DNA from: an uncultured Candidatus Rokubacteria bacterium
GTDB lineage: Bacteria; Methylomirabilota; Methylomirabilia; Rokubacteriales; CSP1-6
Length of the DNA stretch: 64,000 nt
Direction of reading: 5' to 3'
Assembly: GCA_963758635.1 (NCBI GenBank)
Contig: CAVWWD010000005.1
Location: 128,001 to 192,000 of the forward strand
This document shows positions 19,699 to 29,794 of the stretch, in pieces. The notes below the pieces were generated by a model. The model did no database searches. It was given only the letters and a program-made list of their open reading frames with translations, and was not told the origin of the DNA. Every line of letters starts with the position of its first letter. Within the stretch, counting starts at the first letter, position 1. A program made the translations under genes and the position numbers.

Positions 19699-20999
19699 GT
19701 GAAGCGGACGCCGCGCGTCGCCGTGCTTACCCTCGCCCTGATGGCGGGGGTGGTCCTGTCGGCGCTCGCCGCCGCGCCCGCCCCCGTGTCGCTGATCGAG
19801 ATCGAGGGGGCCATCACCCCCGTCACCGTCCGGCTCGTGAGCATGGCGGTGGAGCGCGCCCAGGCCGAGCGCGCGCAGGCCCTGGTCCTCCAGCTCGACA
19901 CCCCGGGCGGCCTCGAGCGCTCGATGCGCTCCATCGTCCAGACCATCCTCAACGCCGAGGTCCCCGTCATCGTGTACGTGGGACCCACGGGGGCGCGCGC
20001 CGCCTCCGCCGGGGTCTTCCTCACCATCGCCGGTCACGTCGCCGCCATGGCCCCCGCCACCAACATCGGGGCCGCGCATCCCGTGGCCGTCGGCGGCCAG
20101 ATGGACAAGGAGATGGCCAAGAAGGTCGAGAACGACGCCGCGGCCTTCGCACGCTCGATCGCGAGCGAGCGGAACCGCAACGTGGAGTGGGCCGAGAAGG
20201 CGGTCCGCTCCTCCGTGTCGGCCACCGAGCGCGAGGCGGTGAAGCTCAAGATCGTCGACCTCGTGGCCGACAACGTGCCCGACCTCCTCGCCAAGGTCGA
20301 CGGGCGCACGGTGAAGACGACGAAGGGCGTGGTGACGCTCCGCACCAGGGACGCGCCGGTCAAGCGCATCGAGGTGCGCTTCCGCGACCGGTTCCTCGCC
20401 CTGATCACCGACCCGAACGTCGCCTACGTGCTGATGATGGTCGGCATGCTGGGCCTCTTCTTCGAGCTCTCCAACCCCGGGGTGATCCTGCCCGGCATCA
20501 TCGGGGGCATCAGCATCATCCTCGCGTTCTTCGCCTTCCAGAGCCTGCCCATCAACTGGGCCGGGCTCCTCCTCATCCTCTTCGGCGTCGCGCTGCTCAT
20601 CGCCGAGATCAAGGTGGTGAGCCACGGGGTGCTGACCATCGGCGCCGTCGTCGCGATGGTCCTGGGCTCGCTCATGCTCTACGACGCGCCCGAGACCGGC
20701 CTCCGGATCTCCTGGTACGTGATCATCCCCACCGTCGGCAGCACCGCCGCCCTCATGGCCTCGCGGTGTCGTTCGGGATGCGCGCCCTCTACGGCCGCCC
20801 GATCACGGGCGCCGTCGGCATGGTCGGGGAGGCCGCGGTCGTGCGGGAGCCGCTCGACCCCGAGGGCCAGGTGCAGGTGCACGGCGAGCTGTGGCGGGCC
20901 GTCTCGGAGGACGGGCCGGCGGCGGCGGGGGAGACGGTGCGCATCACCGGGGTCGACGGGCTCACCCTGAAGGTGGTTCACGCCGGCGAGCGGCGCTAG
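19699..20999 (+). CDS. nfeD: NfeD membrane serine protease; probable frameshift near 20760
   Basis: LDTPGG, AASAG, NIGAAHP, TM block; C-terminal OB fold (VHGELWRA) in second frame. Confidence 0.88.
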
Positions 21000-21029
21000 C
21001 CCGCGGCCGCGGCAGATCGGGGGACAGGC

Positions 21030-21833
21030 ATGGGCTTCGAGATGCTGTTCGGCATCGTGCCGGTGGTGATCATCGCCCTCTTCGTCATCGGGACGTCGGT
21101 GCGGATCCTCCGCGAGTACGAGCGGGGGGTGATCTTCCGCTTCGGCCGCCGGGCCCGCGCCGTGGTGAACCCGGGCGGCGACGGGTCGGGGCCGGGCCTC
21201 CTCCTCCTCGTGCCGTTCATCGACAAGATGGTGAAGGTGAGCCTGCGCACGATCACGATGGACGTGCCGCCGCAGGACGTCATCACCCGCGACAACGTGT
21301 CGGTGAAGGTGAACGCGGTGATCTTCTTCCGGGTCCTCGACGCGGCCAAGGCGGTGATCAGCGTCGAGGACTACCTCTACGCCACGTCCCAGATCGCCCA
21401 GACCACGCTGCGCAGCGTGCTCGGTCAGCAGGAGCTCGACGACCTGCTCTCGTCGCGCGACAAGATCAACGCCGAGCTCACGCGGATCATCGACGAGCAC
21501 ACCACGCCGTGGGGGATCAAGGTCGCCACCGTCGAGGTGAAGAACGTCGACCTGCCCCAGGACATGCAGCGCGCAATGTCCAAGCAGGCGGAGGCCGAGC
21601 GCGAGCGCCGGGCCAAGGTCATCAACGCCGACGGCGAGTTCCAGGCCGCGGCCAAGCTGTCCGAGGCGGCCGACGTGCTCTCCCGCTACCCGATCGCGAT
21701 CCAGCTTCGCTACCTGCAGACCATGCGCGAGATCGCCTCGGAGCGGAACACCACCACGTTCTTCCCCGTCCCCGTCGATCTCCTGGGCTCGCTCAGGAGC
21801 GCGTTCGGCGCGCCCGATCCCCCACGGAGCTGA
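21030..21833 (+). CDS. SPFH/stomatin-like (slipin) protein
   Basis: [40 protein letters not shown]. Confidence 0.93.
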   Translation: MGFEMLFGIVPVVIIALFVIGTSVRILREYERGVIFRFGRRARAVVNPGGDGSGPGLLLLVPFIDKMVKVSLRTITMDVPPQDVITRDNVSVKVNAVIFFRVLDAAKAVISVEDYLYATSQIAQTTLRSVLGQQELDDLLSSRDKINAELTRIIDEHTTPWGIKVATVEVKNVDLPQDMQRAMSKQAEAERERRAKVINADGEFQAAAKLSEAADVLSRYPIAIQLRYLQTMREIASERNTTTFFPVPVDLLGSLRSAFGAPDPPRS

Positions 21834-21847
21834 CGCGCAAACCGCGC

Positions 21848-21876
21848 TTGTGAGCGTCGGCGGGGCCGAGTACAAT
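21848..21876 (+). promoter_or_regulatory. Sigma70 promoter for tRNA
   Basis: TTGTGA-17-TACAAT. Confidence 0.65.
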
Positions 21877-21888
21877 ACGGCTCGCTTC

Positions 21889-21964
21889 GGGGGGTTAGCT
21901 CAGTTGGGAGAGCGCGGCGTTCGCAACGCCGAGGTCGAGGGTTCGAATCCCTTACCCTCCACCA
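21889..21964 (+). tRNA. tRNA-Ala(CGC)
   Basis: Full cloverleaf, G3:U70 pair, anticodon loop TT-CGC-AA, TTCGAAT T-loop, encoded CCA. Confidence 0.97.
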
Positions 21965-22002
21965 TGTGAGCGGCGCGGCGGCCCGCGAGGTCGCCGCTTC
22001 AT

Positions 22003-22092
22003 CGTGAAGGCCGGGACAGGAGTCCCGGCCTTCGTCATGTCCGGATGTGGCACCGCGCCGTGAAGGCCGGGACGCGGGTCCCGGCCTTCGTC
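22003..22092. repeat. Two copies of a 34-nt palindrome
   Basis: cgtgaaggccgggac-N4-gtcccggccttcgtc at 22003-22036 and 22059-22092. Confidence 0.9.
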
Positions 22093-22190
22093 GTCTTCGA
22101 GGGCGACCCGGTGGCGCAGCGGCGCGCGTTGTCCTATCATGTGGCCCGTTTCTCAACCGCCCCGCTCGCGGGGCTCGACGGAGGCTTCGA

Positions 22191-22547
22191 ATGAGCGTCG
22201 CCACGAGCAACGAGGCGCGACCGCGGGTCGTCCGATGGCTGGAGGAAGGACAGGGACAGCTGAGCGCCGTCCTCGCGATCCTCCACGACTACGATCGCGT
22301 GCAGGCCGCGGCCCAGATGGCGGAGCAGGAGTGCGAGCGGCTACGCGCCTTCGTCTACGAGAACGAGCGGCTGCGGAACCAGATCGAGGGGATGGAGAGC
22401 GAGTGCGGGAAGCTCCGCGAGGAGATCCAGAACCTGCGCGGGCTCGGCGAGCGGCACCTCCGAGAGCGCGAGGACATCGCGGCCTCGCAGTCGCAGCTCA
22501 TGAACGACGTGCTCCTCCGGCTCCGCGGAGAGCAGCACCGCTCATGA
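22191..22547 (+). CDS. Hypothetical coiled-coil protein
   Basis: GGAGG RBS, ATG 22191, heptad-like E/R/L-rich sequence. Confidence 0.7.
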   Translation: MSVATSNEARPRVVRWLEEGQGQLSAVLAILHDYDRVQAAAQMAEQECERLRAFVYENERLRNQIEGMESECGKLREEIQNLRGLGERHLREREDIAASQSQLMNDVLLRLRGEQHRS

Positions 22548-22629
22548 CCCTCGCAGAATGCGGAACCGCCACGGGCCTCTACAGTCCCACCGGGCGGCAC
22601 TAGTCTGATGCGCGGGGCTCGTTAGCCCG
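22545..22629 (-). repeat. Dispersed ~80-nt structured element, copy 2
   Basis: Reverse complement matches 3796-3876. Confidence 0.85.
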
Positions 22630-22641
22630 AGCGGATCCGGC

Positions 22642-23130
22642 ATGGGCGAGGAGGCGTTCTCGCCGGAGCAGCATCGCCTCGCCGCCGAGGAGCGCTACTT
22701 CGACGACCTCCGCGTCGGGGAGCGCTTCTTCATCCCGTCGCGCACGATGACCGAAGCGCACTTCTCCGCCTTCCAGGCGGCCTCGGGCGACAACCATCCG
22801 ATCCACTACGACCGGCCGTACTGCCAGGCCCGCGGCCACCGCGACCTCCTCGCCCACGGCCTGCTCGTCGCCGCCCAGGCCGCCGCGGGGGCGGGGATCT
22901 TCCCGCACGTGATCGGCGACGCGCTGGTCGCGTTCCTCGGACAGTCCTCGACCTTCCTCAAGCCCGTCTACGTGGGGGACACGATCTACCCGATGCTGAC
23001 GATCACCGAGCTCCGGCCCGGGCGCACCACCGGGGTCGTCGTGATGCGCGCCACCATCCACAATCAGGTGAAGGATCTGGTCATGGACGGCGAGCACCGG
23101 TACCTCCTCCGTCGCCGCCCCGGATCGTGA
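22642..23130 (+). CDS. MaoC-family hotdog-fold dehydratase
   Basis: YFDDLRVG, SGDNHPIH, AHG, FLKPVYVGDT. Confidence 0.88.
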   Translation: MGEEAFSPEQHRLAAEERYFDDLRVGERFFIPSRTMTEAHFSAFQAASGDNHPIHYDRPYCQARGHRDLLAHGLLVAAQAAAGAGIFPHVIGDALVAFLGQSSTFLKPVYVGDTIYPMLTITELRPGRTTGVVVMRATIHNQVKDLVMDGEHRYLLRRRPGS

Positions 23131-23155
23131 GCGCGTGAGACGGAGGCTGGCCGGG

Positions 23156-23542
23156 TCAGGGAGCGTCGACGGAGTTCTGCGTGAACGAGACGACGTTGAT
23201 GCGATAGTCGGCGCCGCGACGGGGCACCGGCACCGCGAAGTACGCCTTGCCCCCCGGCGTGACGTTGCCGTAGACCCAGCCGAGCGACTCGCCCGTGACG
23301 GCGCCCGACCCATCGAGCACCTCGACCTTCAGCCGCACGCCGCTCACGAGATAGCGCGGCGACTCGTTGTGCACGTAGCCCTCGACCGCCCAGCCGCCGC
23401 GCGGGATCGCCTCCTTGCTGTACTCGATTCGGAATATCTGCTCGGACGATCCCTGGGCCCCGGCCGGCCCCGCGTGGAGCAGGGCCGCGAGGACGGCGAC
23501 AGCGAGGCCGGCCGGGAGGAGCGGACGGAGAAGGGTGATCAT
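23156..23542 (-). CDS. Secreted FxLYD-like domain protein
   Basis: Signal peptide; VEGYVHN...VEVLDGSG...VTPGG pattern. Confidence 0.65.
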   Translation of the reverse strand: MITLLRPLLPAGLAVAVLAALLHAGPAGAQGSSEQIFRIEYSKEAIPRGGWAVEGYVHNESPRYLVSGVRLKVEVLDGSGAVTGESLGWVYGNVTPGGKAYFAVPVPRRGADYRINVVSFTQNSVDAP

Positions 23543-23770
23543 GGAGCGCTCCCTGGCCCGCGGGCAGACGAGCGTGCTTCGTTCACGGCACGAGCCGGCC
23601 GTGCCGGCTCCGGCGAGCAGGATACCGTAGACACACCGCCGCCGGCGAAAACCTCTGCGTCCGGGACGGGCACGTCGGGAAGGGACACGGGCGGCAGCGC
23701 GGCGCCGGGAGGGGCGGGGGATCGGTCGCGGCGCGCGGTCACACCGCCGCGGCGCCGGACGCGAGGGCGG

Positions 23771-23890
23771 TCAGGCGCCCTTCTTCGCGGCGGCCCGCGC
23801 CGGGCAGCGCTTGTGCATCCACACCGAGCCGAGCTTCACGTGGTTGCCGTTCTTCCGGATGCGTCCCTTGCACTTCGGGCACGTCCCCAT
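23771..23890 (-). CDS. 39-aa basic zinc-finger microprotein
   Basis: MGTCPKCKGRIRKNGNHVKLGSVWMHKRCPARAAAKKGA; AAGGAG RBS 6 nt upstream; GC3-biased codons. Confidence 0.8.
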   Translation of the reverse strand: MGTCPKCKGRIRKNGNHVKLGSVWMHKRCPARAAAKKGA

Positions 23891-23964
23891 CACGATCTCC
23901 TTCGCGCGGATGTCGCGACCGTCGAAGGCCGCGGCGATCGAGTATACACGAGAGCGAGGGAGCG

Positions 23965-24297
23965 GTGAGCGCGGACTGCGTGTTCTGCCGGATCGTGGAG
24001 CGCCGATCGCCGGCCGAGGTCGTGTACGAGGACGACGAGGTCATGGCCTTCCGGGATCTCTACCCGAAGGCGCCCGTGCACCTGCTGATCATCCCGAAGC
24101 GGCACATCGAATCGATCGCCGCGCTGGAGACGACCGACACCGCCGTCGTCGGCCACTGCGTCCAGGTGGCGAAGCTGCTCGGAGAGCAGACCGGCTACGC
24201 CGAGCGCGGGTATCGCATCGCGTGCCACTCGGGCCCCGAGGGCGGGCAGGTCGTGTACCACTTGCACTTCCACTTCATGGCCGGACGCCGGAGCTGA
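23965..24297 (+). CDS. HIT family nucleotide hydrolase
   Basis: DCVFCRI, HLLIIPKRH, GQVVYHLHFH. Confidence 0.92.
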   Translation: MSADCVFCRIVERRSPAEVVYEDDEVMAFRDLYPKAPVHLLIIPKRHIESIAALETTDTAVVGHCVQVAKLLGEQTGYAERGYRIACHSGPEGGQVVYHLHFHFMAGRRS

Positions 24298-24348
24298 CTC
24301 GCCACCGCCGGCGTCCAGGCCAACCGCCGCGCGGGATCCCGCCCGGCG

Positions 24349-25963
24349 TCAGGTGCCGCTGGCCGCGGCGCCCTGGTCTCCGCCGCGTGTCACGGGCTTG
24401 AACTCGAGCGGCAGTCCGGCGTTCGCCCAGCCCCCGAGCCCGCCCTTCAGCACCCGCACGTCCGCGTAGCCGAGCCGCCGGAGCCGCTGGACGGCTCCGG
24501 CGCTGGCGCGCTCGTCCCTCGCGGTGCAGTACGCGATCACGGGCCGGCCGGGCTCGATCGACGGTGGCGCGGTCCCGCGGTCGAGGTCTTCGCTCGACAC
24601 GTGTACGGCCCCGGGGATCCGAAACGGGCTCGTGTCGTAGACGAGCTTGGACCGCACGTCCAGGATGGCCGGCGCGGCCCCGCGCTCGTAGAGGCGCACC
24701 ACCTCGGACGCCTCGATGCGATGCCGGTTCTGCCGCCAGCGACGCCCCGCGACGAGCGCGACGCCGCCCAGTCCGGCGAGGACGACGGCGCCGGTGGCGG
24801 CGCTCCAGGGAAATGGCCGAGGCGGCGGATTCTTGATCTTCTCCTCCGCCTCGGCGAGGGCCCGGTTGACGTTCGGGCAGGTCGGGCATGAGCCGGTTGG
24901 ACTCGCGAAACCCCACCGCGGCGCCCTTGTAGTCGCCGGCGAACAGCCTGGCGAGGCCGGAGAACCACGCGTCGTTGAACGGGCTCTTGCCGTTCGGCGT
25001 GACCGGGGTGGCCTGGAGGAAGTCCCGGACGGCATCCGACGGAATCACGAAGTTGAAGCCCTGGACGATACTGCCCTCCGGTCCGGGCCCCAGCGAGACG
25101 AACGTGAGGACGCCGATCACCTCGCCCTTCTCGTTGATCACCGGCCCGCCCGAGTTGCCCCACGCCGCGGGCGCGTCGGTCTGGATGACGGGCTGGTTCT
25201 GGACGTCCTGCTTGAACCCGGACACGGCGCCGTTCGTCACCGAGGCCTCGACCTTGGCGGAGGCGTTGAGGAGCTCGTGGGTCAGCACCACGCCCGGAAA
25301 GCCGAGGATCCGGATCGGATCGCCGATCTTCAGCGTCCGCGACAGCCCGAGGGCGAACACGGGCAGGTCGGACGCCTCCACCTGGAGCAGCGCGAGGTCG
25401 CGGCCGGACATCGCGCCAGGCCCGGCCTCGACGGCGACGGGCGGGCTGTACTTCGCGACCTTCGCGGGAAGCCGGATGCCGTTGGACATGAGCAGCGAGA
25501 CCGACGGGCTCAGCTCCACCTTCGCCCGCGGCATCACGCGATCGAGCAGCTCGCGCTTGATCTGCTCCTCGGCGTCGGGACGCGCGCCCGGAGCGAGCCC
25601 GCGCCGTGCCAGCGCGTCGGGAAGGCACGCAGTCATCACCGCCCGCTGCGCCTGCTGATTCACCAGCCACTGGGGCGGCATATGGGCGGGCTGCACGACG
25701 TGGGCGTTGGTCACCACCCAGCCGCTGGTGTCGACGAACCAGCCCGTGCCCGTCTCGCGGAAGGGCGGGGGAGTCACGGTGACCTGGCCCGCGCCGCAGT
25801 CGAGCGTGATCTCGGCGCCCACCTCGGAGATCACGAGGACCGTGGCGGGCTTGGCGCGGAGGATCGTCTCCTGGACCGACAGCATGTCCGCCCCGCGCGC
25901 CTCGGCATCGCCGAGGATCGCCAGGCCCGCGACGAGAGCGGCGCGCCACCACGCCCGGGGCAT
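24349..25963 (-). CDS. HtrA-like (PDZ-less) serine protease-TM-rhodanese fusion; probable frameshift near 24876
   Basis: Signal peptide; TNAHVV, RDLALL, IQTDAPAAWGNSGGP; TM helix, then LDVRS, IPGA, YCT, LKGGLGGW. Confidence 0.8.
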
Positions 25964-26084
25964 GGCGCGGATTCTACTCCGAGGTCGCGAAGGAACGCTC
26001 GGCTTCAGCGGGCGAGGCTCGCACCGCGATTCCGTGGGCACGCGGCGCGCCGTCTCGCCCAGTGATTCAGCGATCTCGTTCCGG

Positions 26085-26124
26085 AAAAAGAACCGGGCTC
26101 CAGGGGCGAGCCCTGGAGCCCGGT
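26085..26124 (-). terminator. Rho-independent terminator after repeat protein
   Basis: accgggctccaggg-loop-ccctggagcccggt followed by TCTTTTT on minus strand. Confidence 0.85.
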
Positions 26125-26148
26125 GGTGATGCAGGACTGACGCTCGAC

Positions 26149-27385
26149 TTACTTCAGGATCTCGATCGCGGCCTTGGCCTTCTGGCTGGCCAGGCTCGTG
26201 TTGCCGGCCTTGCAAGCCGCCTCGGCCTCCTTCACCAGCGACGCCGCCTTGGAGATGTCACCACGCGGAGCCTCCTGAGCGGACCGGGGCGCTTCCTGCT
26301 GGCTGCGCGGAGCCTGCTGCACCGAGCGGGGCGCCTCCTGCGTGCTACGGGGCGCTTCCTGCTGGCTCACCCGCGGAGCCTCCTGAGCGGACCGGGGCGC
26401 TTCCTGCTGACTGCGCGGAGCCTGCTGCACCGAGCGGGGCGCCTCCTGCGTGCTACGGGGCGCTTCCTGCGCGCTGCGCGGGGCTTCCTGCTGGCTCACC
26501 CGCGGAGCCTCCTGGGCGGACCGGGGCGCTTCCTGCTGACTGCGCGGAGCCTGCTGCACCGAGCGGGGCGCCTCCTGCGTGCTACGGGGCGCTTCCTGCG
26601 CGCTGCGCGGGGCTTCCTGCTGGCTCACCCGCGGGGCCTCCTGGGCGGACCGGGGCGCTTCCTGCTGACTGCGCGGAGCCTGCTGCACCGAGCGGGGCGC
26701 CTCCTGCGTGCTACGGGGCGCTTCCTGCGCGCTGCGCGGGGCTTCCTGCTGGCTCACCCGCGGGGCCTCCTGAGCGGACCGGGGCGCTTCCTGCTGACTG
26801 CGCGGAGCCTGCTGCACCGAGCGAGGCGCCTCCTGCGTGCTGCGGGGCGCTTCCTGCGCGCTGCGCGGGGCTTCCTGCTGGCTCACCCGCGGGGCCTCCT
26901 GGGCGGACCGGGGCGCTTCCTGCTGACTGCGCGGAGCCTGCTGCACCGAGCGGGGCGCCTCCTGCGTGCTACGGGGCGCTTCCTGCGCGCTGCGCGGGGC
27001 TTCCTGCTGCGCTCACCCGCGGAGCCTCCTGGGCGGAGCGGGGCGCTTCCTGCTGACTGCGCGGAGCCTGCTGCACCGAGCGAGGCGCCTCCTGCGACGA
27101 CCGCGGAGCCTCCTGGGCGGAGCGGGGCGCTTCCTGCTGACTGCGCGGAGCCTGCTGCACCGAGCGAGGCGCCTCCTGCGAGGACCGCGGAGCCTCCTGG
27201 ATGCGAGCACCGGCGAGCGAGCGCGGCGCCTGCACATCCTGGACGCGAGACACCTGTTGCTTCTGCTGCAGCATCGACTTCGCCGTGCTCACCTCGGCCG
27301 GGCAGCTGTTGTCAGCCGAACCCGTGGTGGCCGAGAGGGACACGGCCATCAGACCACTGAGAACCACCGCCAGCGACTTCTTCAT
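26149..27385 (-). CDS. Secreted heptapeptide-repeat protein (~411 aa after correcting 1-bp insertion near 27010)
   Basis: MKKSLAVVLSGLMAVSLSATTGSA signal; ~45 x S-x-Q-[EQ]-A-P-R; RBS GGAAGGG; two ORF pieces joined by one extra base in a repeat unit. Confidence 0.85.
26262..27200 (-). repeat. Coding tandem repeat, 21-bp units in a 129-bp higher-order repeat
   Basis: ctggctcacc recurs at 26491 and 26620; unit VSQQEAPR-SAQEAPR-STQEAPR-SVQQAPR-SQQEAPR-SAQEAPR. Confidence 0.95.
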
Positions 27386-27513
27386 GCGTCCCTTCCTTTC
27401 GCAGCTGGTTGAGGAACCATCTCAGCCGACTCGCACTTCCGGCCGCCCCCCACGGACCGCCGGTCGCGGCTGAGAACCGCACTCGTGTTCTTCATGACGA
27501 CCACGGCCCCTAG

Positions 27514-27529
27514 AGCAGGAGCCATGCCA
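27514..27529 (-). promoter_or_regulatory. Putative sigma54 (-24/-12) promoter
   Basis: TGGCATGGCTCCTGCT, GG-N10-GC spacing. Confidence 0.6.
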
Positions 27530-27992
27530 CACGGGGGAAGTGGGAGAAGAAAGTTGCTCAATCACATGGTTACGGGCCCATCAGCTTGTTTCCCTGCGGT
27601 GGGCGGCGCGGCTTTTTGCCCCGTGCCCCGCCCGAGCCCCGCCCGGCAGAATGCCCGTCGTGCCCAAGGATGGTCGGGACGGGCAAGCGCGGGTCGGGCA
27701 AGCTGCTTTGACCGCCGGACAGGCTCGTGTCCTGCTCGCGGGAAGTGCGTGTGGACCCGTCGGTCGCTCCCGTTCGGCGCATCCGCGATGTGACCGTCAT
27801 GCAAGGTTTGTACAGTCACGAGAGAGCGGCGTGCAGAGGAGGAGCCCTGGACAGATCTACCCGTTCGAGCCTCGCTAGGCGGGGGATGCTCGGTAAATGG
27901 GCCGCGTAGCAGCGAGTTTTGGGGTATACTGCCTCCGTTCGCCAACTTCCAGGAGGGCTCCGTATGACGCCGACCGTCGTGAGGAGGTACGC

Positions 27993-28870
27993 GTGAAGAA
28001 GGCGCCGAGGACCAAGGGTCAGGCCGCCCGGCTGACGCGACCCCACAAGGCGGCGGCCGCCGCCCCACCGCCCGCCCGCCCCGTCAAGCTCCGGCTGGAT
28101 CTCCTGCTCGTCGAGCGCGCCTTGGCCCCGAGTCGCGAGAAGGCGGCACGCCTCATCCTGGCCGGCTCCGTCATGGTCGACGGGCAGCGCGTGGACAAGG
28201 CGGGGACGCCGATCGACACGCGTGCCCGCGTCGAGGTGGTCTCGCGAGAGAAGTACGTGAGCCGAGGCGGCGACAAGCTCGACCACGCCATCGCCACGTT
28301 CGGCATCGCGCCCGCCGGCCGCATCTGCCTCGACGTGGGCGCCTCCACCGGAGGGTTCACCCACTGCCTGCTCGAGGCGGGCGCCAAGCGCGTGTACGCC
28401 GTGGACGTCGGCCAGGGCCAGCTCGATCCCTCGCTGCGCGCCGATGGTCGCGTGGTGGTGATGGAGCGCACGAACGCGCGCCAGCTCAGCGTGGAGAGCT
28501 TCCCCGAGCTCCCGCAGGTGGCCACCGTGGACGTGTCGTTCATCTCGCTGGAGAAGGTGCTCCCCGCCGTGCAGAGCGTTCTGTCGTTCGACGGCGAGGC
28601 GGTGATCCTCGTGAAGCCGCAGTTCGAGGTGGGCAAGGGCCAGGTCGGCAAGGGGGGGTCGTGCGCGATCCCAGCCAGCACCGCGCCGTGCTCGAGCGGC
28701 TCGCGCGCTACTCGATCCTGCACGCCTGGCACGTGCGCGGCGTGACGGCATCGCCGCTCAAGGGCCCCAAGGGCAACCGCGAGTTCTTCATGCACCTGGC
28801 CCTCACCGGGAAGACCCCGGCGCAGCTCGGGGCGCTCCTCGACCGGGTCGCCGCGGAGGAGCCTGCGTGA
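27993..28870 (+). CDS. tlyA: TlyA-family rRNA 2'-O-methyltransferase; probable frameshift near 28655
   Basis: RLDLLL S4 domain, YVSRGG, DVGASTGGFT, DVSFISL, KPQFE, GPKGNREF. Confidence 0.9.
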
Positions 28871-29725
28871 AGCGTATCGGCGTCCTCGCCAAGACCGACC
28901 GCGAGGAGGCCCGGCAGGTCGTTCCCCAGCTCCTCGAGTGGTGCGCGGCCCGCGGCGTCACCGCCGTCCTCGAGAAGGAGACCGCGGGGCTGTGCCCGGA
29001 TCGCGCCATCTCCGTCGTCCTCAAGCCCGAGCTGCCCGGGGCACGTCGATCTGCTGCTGGTGCTGGGCGGCGACGGCACGCTGCTCTCCATGGCCCGCCT
29101 CGTCGGCGACCTCGGGGTGCCGATCCTCGGCGTCAACCTCGGCGGGCTGGGGTTCCTCACCGCCCTCACCGTGGAAGAGCTGTTCCCGGCCCTCGAGGCC
29201 TGCCTGCGTGGGGAGATGGTGATCGATGAGCGGATGATGCTGGCGGCCGCCGTCGTGCGTCAGGGCGAGCGGCTGACCGAGTACGTCGCGCTGAACGACG
29301 TGGTCATCACCAAGTCCGCGATGAGCCGCATCATCAATCTGGAGGTGGCGGTGGACGGCAAGCTGGCCACCGCGTACCGGGCCGACGGGCTCATCGTCTC
29401 CACGCCCACCGGCTCCACGGCCTACTGCCTGTCCGCGGGCGGGCCCATCGTGTTCCCCACCATGGACGCGGTCGTCCTCACGCCGATCTGCTCGCACACG
29501 CTCACCAACCGTCCGATCGTGCTGCCGGGCGGCGTCGCCATCGAGGTGACGCTCCTGTCCGACCAGGACGTGGCCCTCACCCTCGACGGGCAGGTGAGCC
29601 TCGCGCTCAAGCGCTCGGACATCGTCGAGATCCGTCCCGCCGCGGCCCGCATCCGGCTCCTCCGGCCGCCCCAGAAGCACTTCTTCTCGGTGCTCCGCAC
29701 CAAGCTGAAGTGGGGCGAGCGGTAG
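28867..29725 (+). CDS. nadK: NAD kinase; probable frameshift near 29042
   Basis: GGDGT, GLGFL, LNDVV, DGLIVSTPTGSTAY. Confidence 0.92.
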
Positions 29726-29794
29726 ATCCCTCCGTCTCCATCTCGATACGCTTGAGGCCGACCTCCCGGGCGACGTAGCATCGCGGGCGCGGCC

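Noticed and set aside
26262..27200. CRISPR or non-coding satellite
   Set aside because: Periods are multiples of 3 and lie within an ORF with signal peptide, RBS and terminator.
21889..27900. Prophage or integrative element at tRNA-Ala
   Set aside because: No integrase, no duplicated tRNA 3' end and no phage genes seen.
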